Assembly (NCBI GenBank): GCA_903825315.1 | Contig: CAIKAD010000004.1 | Location: forward strand, 6,298-70,297 | Direction: 5' to 3' | DNA: 64,000 bases | Origin: an uncultured Candidatus Peregrinibacteria bacterium | GTDB taxonomy: Bacteria > Patescibacteriota > Gracilibacteria > Peribacterales > Peribacteraceae | Shown here: one piece after another, positions 56,401 through 62,400 of the stretch | Position numbering within the stretch: position 1 is the stretch's first letter | Layout: every line of letters starts with the position of its first letter | Made by a program: the position numbers and the translations under genes | The notes under the pieces: generated by a model | Told to the model about the DNA's origin: nothing | The model's input: the letters and a program-made list of their open reading frames with translations, nothing else | The model's database searches: none

Positions 56401-59400
56401 CTCACCCAGGAACGACCGATCTTGAGGACCGTCGAAGGGTTGCCCGTCCCGTACGTCCAAGCGATAGGAGTCTTTGTGGTACCGTCCAGCGTGAAGGTGC
56501 TGTTGCTGCCGTTGTACACCCAGGTGACGTAGTGCCACGTGCCGTCGCGGAGGTCGTTACCGGGGGAGACGAACGTTTCCGCCCAGTTTCCTGCGCCGTT
56601 TGAAACGTTAATGCGCAGGTTCCCGGAACTGAGGAAGAGCTGGTAACCTGCGTGGGCACTGTCCTGCGGCGCCCCATCGTCCAGAATGGCGCTGTACGTG
56701 CCGGTATCAGCCGCTGCCTTGAGCCAGAGGGAAACGGAGAAGTTTCCGGTGCCGAAGCTCATGGCACTGGATGTTTCCATGTCCTGGCTCGTCCCGCTGA
56801 AGACGGCGGCTCCGTCCATTCGCCCGGCTCCTGCAGTGGCGCCGTTGACGGAGAGCGTGTTGCCGTTGGCTGTGGCATCAGCACCTGAGAGGTTGGTCCC
56901 GTCCCTCATGTGCCAAACACCCCTATAGTTCGCATCCCACACATCCCGTGCCATCTGTCCGTCCCTGGCCCTGGCATTGCCGTAGTACATCGTGATCTCC
57001 GTATCCTGCGCCGTCGCGATCTTGGGCACCTTGACCCAGAAGTTTCCGGAACCCGAGCCTGCGCGGGTGTGGTAGTCCTCACGCTCGTACGGCAGCATCC
57101 AACCGGTGGACGTTGCGAAGCGGATGTCCGCGCCCGAGCTCTGAGCATTGTTGTCCAGGGATGCATCGGCTGTCATCGTGACGAGGAGCGGGAAGTTACT
57201 GAGGTCGGCATCCACGTTCGTATGGTCGATGCTGATGCGGCGGCTGTAGTTCCAGGCATTCACGTTAAAGTTCCAGTTCCTGTTATGGCCGCGGTCTTCG
57301 CTCTCCAGATCCGTTACGTTGATCATCCGTCCGCCGGACGCATCGGAGTGTGCAACCTTCACTCCCGTAGCATCAGCCGTCCCCGTCACGTTGAGCGTCC
57401 AGGAACCCGTAGCAGAGAGATCCAGAAGATCATCCGTCGTTCCAGCCAAGCTCAGGTTCCCGCCCACGTTGATCACTGATCCCGGCAAACCTCTCGGTTC
57501 AACCTGGCCAGACGTTCCAAATACCATATTCCCAATACTCGTAATCCTCTTTCCGTTAAAGTCGACGGTCCCGCTCATTACGTTCATGGAGTTGAGCGTG
57601 CCCGTGCCCGTAAAGGTCACCTTTCCATGCGTCTTGTTAATGGCCACCCCTTCCACGCTCCGGCCGAGGAGGTTGATCTGCTGGTTCGTGGAGCCGGACA
57701 TGGTGATAGTGCCGGTGCCCTTGGTGTACACGAAGGTACCGGCGTTCTGCTGCAGCGTCAGATTGCCCGTGATGACGAAGTTGGCGTTGTTTGCGTTGTT
57801 GATCGTAATAGTGGTAGCGGCATTGTTGTTGCGGAAGAGAACGTTGCCATTGATGACGTACGTGCCCGCGGAAGGCGTCCACGTACCTCCTGCGCCGTCG
57901 GTATCCGCTACAATGAACGAACCCACGTTATACGTCGCCGGCGCAAGGATTGCCGCGGCGTTGGGACGGTCGAAGTCCAGCGTGCCTACGCTCACCGTGC
58001 CGCCGTTGGCGATGGAAGTGAGTCCCTTGCCCGCCTGCGGTCCATAGAAGCCCAACATACCGGCGCCCGTGAGCACGCCGCTGCGGCCCACCGTTACCGT
58101 ACAGTTGCCTTCCGACCAGTAGAGCTTTCCGGATGCGATGGAGAACGTTCCGTTGATCGTGAGGTTGTTGCTGATGCCGGCGCTGGTTGTGACGCTTGTA
58201 GCGATGACCGAGGCGCCCGTCTGTACGGTGAGGTTGTAGAGCTCTCCGGTGTTGTCCCCCTTCTTGTCCGTAAGCGTTACGCCATTGCCCACCATCACCA
58301 CCGTGCTGGTGCCTTTGTTCCAGGTGGTCACGGAACCAAAGTTCAAGTCGCCGCCGATGGTCATAATGCCGCCCGCGAGCACCTTGCCCCTCGTGAGCGT
58401 CACGCTGCCTTCCACAGTCAGGTTGCGGCCACTTGTGCTCAGGTCCAGTGTGCCGGAGCCGCTGTCGACAAGCGCACCGCTCAGAGACAGGCTGTTCGTC
58501 ACCGGGCGGAGCGTGCCGGAACCCGCATGTGTCACGTTGTAGAAGAGGCTGCCGGCATCCGTTCCGCCCGTGTTGAGGGTCTGGATGCCCGAAGCCCTGT
58601 CGAAGATTACGGTACTGTTGTTGTGGTTAAAGGTGCCGCCTGTCTTATTCCAATCACCAGCCACGTTGAAGGTTCCCGTCGGGGCGATAAAGGAACCGCC
58701 TGCGAGCGTTACGTTGCCGTTCATGTCCATAATGCCGGTGCCGCCCGAGAACGCGCCGCCCATAATGGTGAGGCCGCTCGCAGAGAGGCCGAAGTCGTTC
58801 ATGTTGAAGGTGCCGGCCGTGGCCTTGAGTGTGAGACCGGAGCCCATGCGGATGCCATTCTCGGTGACGGTGACCGTGGAGGAGCCGGAATGCGTGAGCT
58901 TGTAGAAGACGGTTGCGCCCGTGCCGCTGTTGACGGTCTGCGGCGCGCTGCCGTTAAGGACCACCGTGGACGTCTGCGGCCGGATCGTGGCGTACGTGCC
59001 GTCGAGGTTCCCTCCAACGAGGATGGTGCCGGAGCCGAGCTCGAGATAGCCGTGCGTGCCCCCCGCCCCGGTGTTCACATAGACGTTGCCGCCGATGCGG
59101 TGCGTTCCGTTCTTAAAGATGAGCTTGCCTTGGTAGCCGTTGGGGTACCCCGCATTTGTTGTGCCTAGAGAAATGCTATTCGCGACGGTGAGGTTGTATC
59201 CATTGGTATCCAGTACTGCACTGGCGGACTCGCTCGTGTTGTTGCCCCCGGCGTATATCGAGAGCGACAGGATGTTCCAATCACCGGTCATCCGAACGAG
59301 CATCGCGCTGTAATTGAGGATAAAGCTAACGTTGGGGAGGTGAAGCGCCTTCTGCGATCGCGTTGCGGTGTTGTAGATGCGCACGGTGCTGGTGGCAATG

Positions 59401-62400
59401 CTTGCGCCTGTGCCGATGTCGAGGAAGTCGTCGACGAGCGGGTACGTGATGCGGATGTTGCTGTTGCCCTGGATCAACGCGTTGGCGCCCATGATGAGCT
59501 TCTGTGTATTGACCTCGTCGGTCTTGGTCGCCGTGACCCCCGCGTCGATCTGGAGCGTACGGAAGGTGGTGTTCCAGAAGTACGGGTTGCTGATGTTTCC
59601 GTTGGCGCTCATCTCCCAAATGCCCGTGGAGGTGAGGATGCCGGACGTGTTGCCGACGGAGATGTCCCCATCCACCCGCACCGTCTTCCGATTATCCGTT
59701 ACCGCCCCAGCAACGAGCGTTGCCGAGCTCATGGTCAGGTTCGTCTGGAACGTCCAGGCGCCGCCGTTGCCATTGAATGTGACATTCCCCAGCGTGCCGC
59801 CCGTGGCCGTAACCGTCTTCCCTGCGCTTGTGGAGGCAAATGTTCCGTTGCCCGTTGCGGTGAAGGAGTTGGCTGCAACGGTAAAGTTCCCGTTGACCGT
59901 GTAGTTCTGCGCGGCCATGGTTCCGAGGACGTGGTAATCATCGGCCGTCACGTTGCCGCCCGGCACAAAGCTGTCGCCGGTCCACACATGCAGTTCCTTG
60001 CCGGAAGCCAATGTCAGGTTGCCGTTGCTGGTGCTGAAGATGGCGGCAATGTCGCTGTCGTTCACGTTATCGGCAATGTCCAGGTTCACGTTGGTAATGG
60101 CCGTGGAGCCGCTGTCGCTGCGGACGATCAGCCTGTCCTTGTACAGGCTCACACCCGTCATGCTGCTGCCCGAACCGAGGGTGACGAGCACGGCTGCATC
60201 GCCGCCGTTGGTGTCCGCGAACAGCGTGACCACGCTCCCTCCCGTCATATTTGCCCAGGAGTGGATCTGGAACACTCCTGCCGCGTTGGTTACGCCGGAG
60301 CCGGAGACCGCCCTGCCATTGACGCTTACGGATACTTTCCTGTTGGAGAGGGGAGTGGAGCCCTCGTCACTGTAGAGCTTGCCCGTGATGGTCTTTCCAA
60401 AGACCCAGTTGTGGTTGTTGCCGTTGTCGGTGCTTGCACGGGCGACGATGGCGCTCCCACCCCTGGCATCGCTCCCGGCCACGTTGACGTACTCCGCGCC
60501 CGCGGTCCCGGCCACGCTGAGGGTCCAGGTGCCGGTGGCTGTGAGGTTGAGCGGCGTTCCTACGGTCCCCGCAAGACTCAAGTTTCCACCAACGGTGATG
60601 ATGGAGCCCGGCAGGCCGGTTGTGTTGACTTGCGCCGTGGTCCCAAGGGTCATATCGGCAACCGTCGTGATCTTCTTTCCGTTGAAGTTCACGGTGCCGG
60701 AAGCCACATTGAGGCTCGTCATCGTGCCCGTTCCCGTGAACGTCACACCGTTGTGGGTCTTGTTGACCGTCACCGCATCCACGCTCTTGCCGAGGAGGTT
60801 GACGTTCTGTGCTGTGGAGCCCGAGAAGACGAGAGTGCCGGCACCCTTGCTCCAGGCGATGGTTCCCGTGGTCTGGGTGATAGCGACATCGCTGAGGAAG
60901 ACGAGAGTGGGATTATTGGCCGCGGAAATCGTGAAGGTCTTGTCGCCCGTACCCGACTGCAGGAACGTTACGGGCGCCAGGAAGGTGTAGGTGCCTGCCT
61001 GCCAGGTAAAGGTCTGGTTGGCTGTGGAGGAGCCATAGAACCGGAACTGGCTCGGCGAGGCATATCGGCCCGCAGGCAGAATGATTCCATACTGGGTGTC
61101 CAGGTTCATGATGGCAGGTGCGACGGCCTCGCTCCTGGAGAAGAACAGGGTGCCGGCAGCGGGATTGAGCGGCCCCGAGCCGTCCATGGTGCCGTTTACG
61201 CCCTGCCGCATGCCGCCAAGGAGCATGAGGTTACTGACGGAATTCTGCGTCAGCTTCCCGTTGAGCGTGAACAGGCCGCTCACACTATGCCCGCCTGCGC
61301 CGCTCGGGATGGTGATGGCGGCACCGGTGGCAACGGTGAGGGCGTTGAGGTTAGCCTTAGTGTTGGGTGCCCGGAACGTCTTTCCCGATCCCGTCAGCAC
61401 GATGGTGGAGGCATTGGTCGATACCGTGCTTGCCGCGGACCAGTCAAAGTTCCCACCTACCGTCCATGTGCCGTTCCCCAGGCTCGTCTTGGTGTTGTTC
61501 ATCGTCACATTGCCGGGAACGGTGATGTTCTTGCCGTACTTGGCGTTGTCGAACGTGCCGGCGCCGCTCTGGAGCGTGAGGTTGTTGCCAATCTGCAGGT
61601 TGCTGCCGGAGATTGTCCAGTTGCCCGCGCCGGATTGCGTGAGGTTGTAGAAGACGCTGCCGCCCGTGCCGCTGTTGATGGAGCCCGTGCCGGAGGTCTT
61701 GTTGAGGATCACCGTGGAAGTGCCCGGCGTTACGTGGACATGGCGGGTGTCCCAGCTGCCGCCAACGAGGATGGTGGAGGAGCCAAGATCCGCGGTGCTT
61801 GCGGTGTTGTATCGCACGGTGAAGTCGTTTGTGATGCGGTGCGTGCCCGTGCGGAATTTGATGTGGCCGATGTCCGTTGCCACGCCGGAGGCGAGATACA
61901 GGTTCGTCGCGTTGAGGTTGTAGCCGTTCAAATCCAGTGTGACGGACGAGGTGGCGGAAGCGTAGTAACCAACTCTCAGCCTGCCGCTCGTACGCCAGTC
62001 GCCGGTGAGGGTGACGGTAGTGTGAGTAGACCAGCTGCTCATGAAGATTTCACTGATGGTGGTGTTGAGCGCGCCGAGCGTGACATTCGTTTTGGGAATG
62101 ATGCCCAGGTTCCCAGCGCCGGTGAGCGTTCCGGTGATAGAGACGAAGTTATTACTGCTGCCGACGACGTACAGGCCCTTGCTGGAGGAGATGGTGAGCG
62201 AACCGCCGACCGTGAGCGAACCGCTGTTGGCAGATCCGAGCCGGAGGTCATTGCAGGTGTAGGAGCCCGGGATGGATACGTTGCGGATGGAGTTGGGGGT
62301 ACCCGATTCCGCTTTGATCGTCTTGCCCGCACCCGCAAAGGTCCACGTGCCCGTTCCCTGGTTTGCCGTCATCGTGGTGGCGGAGAAGTAGTTGCCGTTG

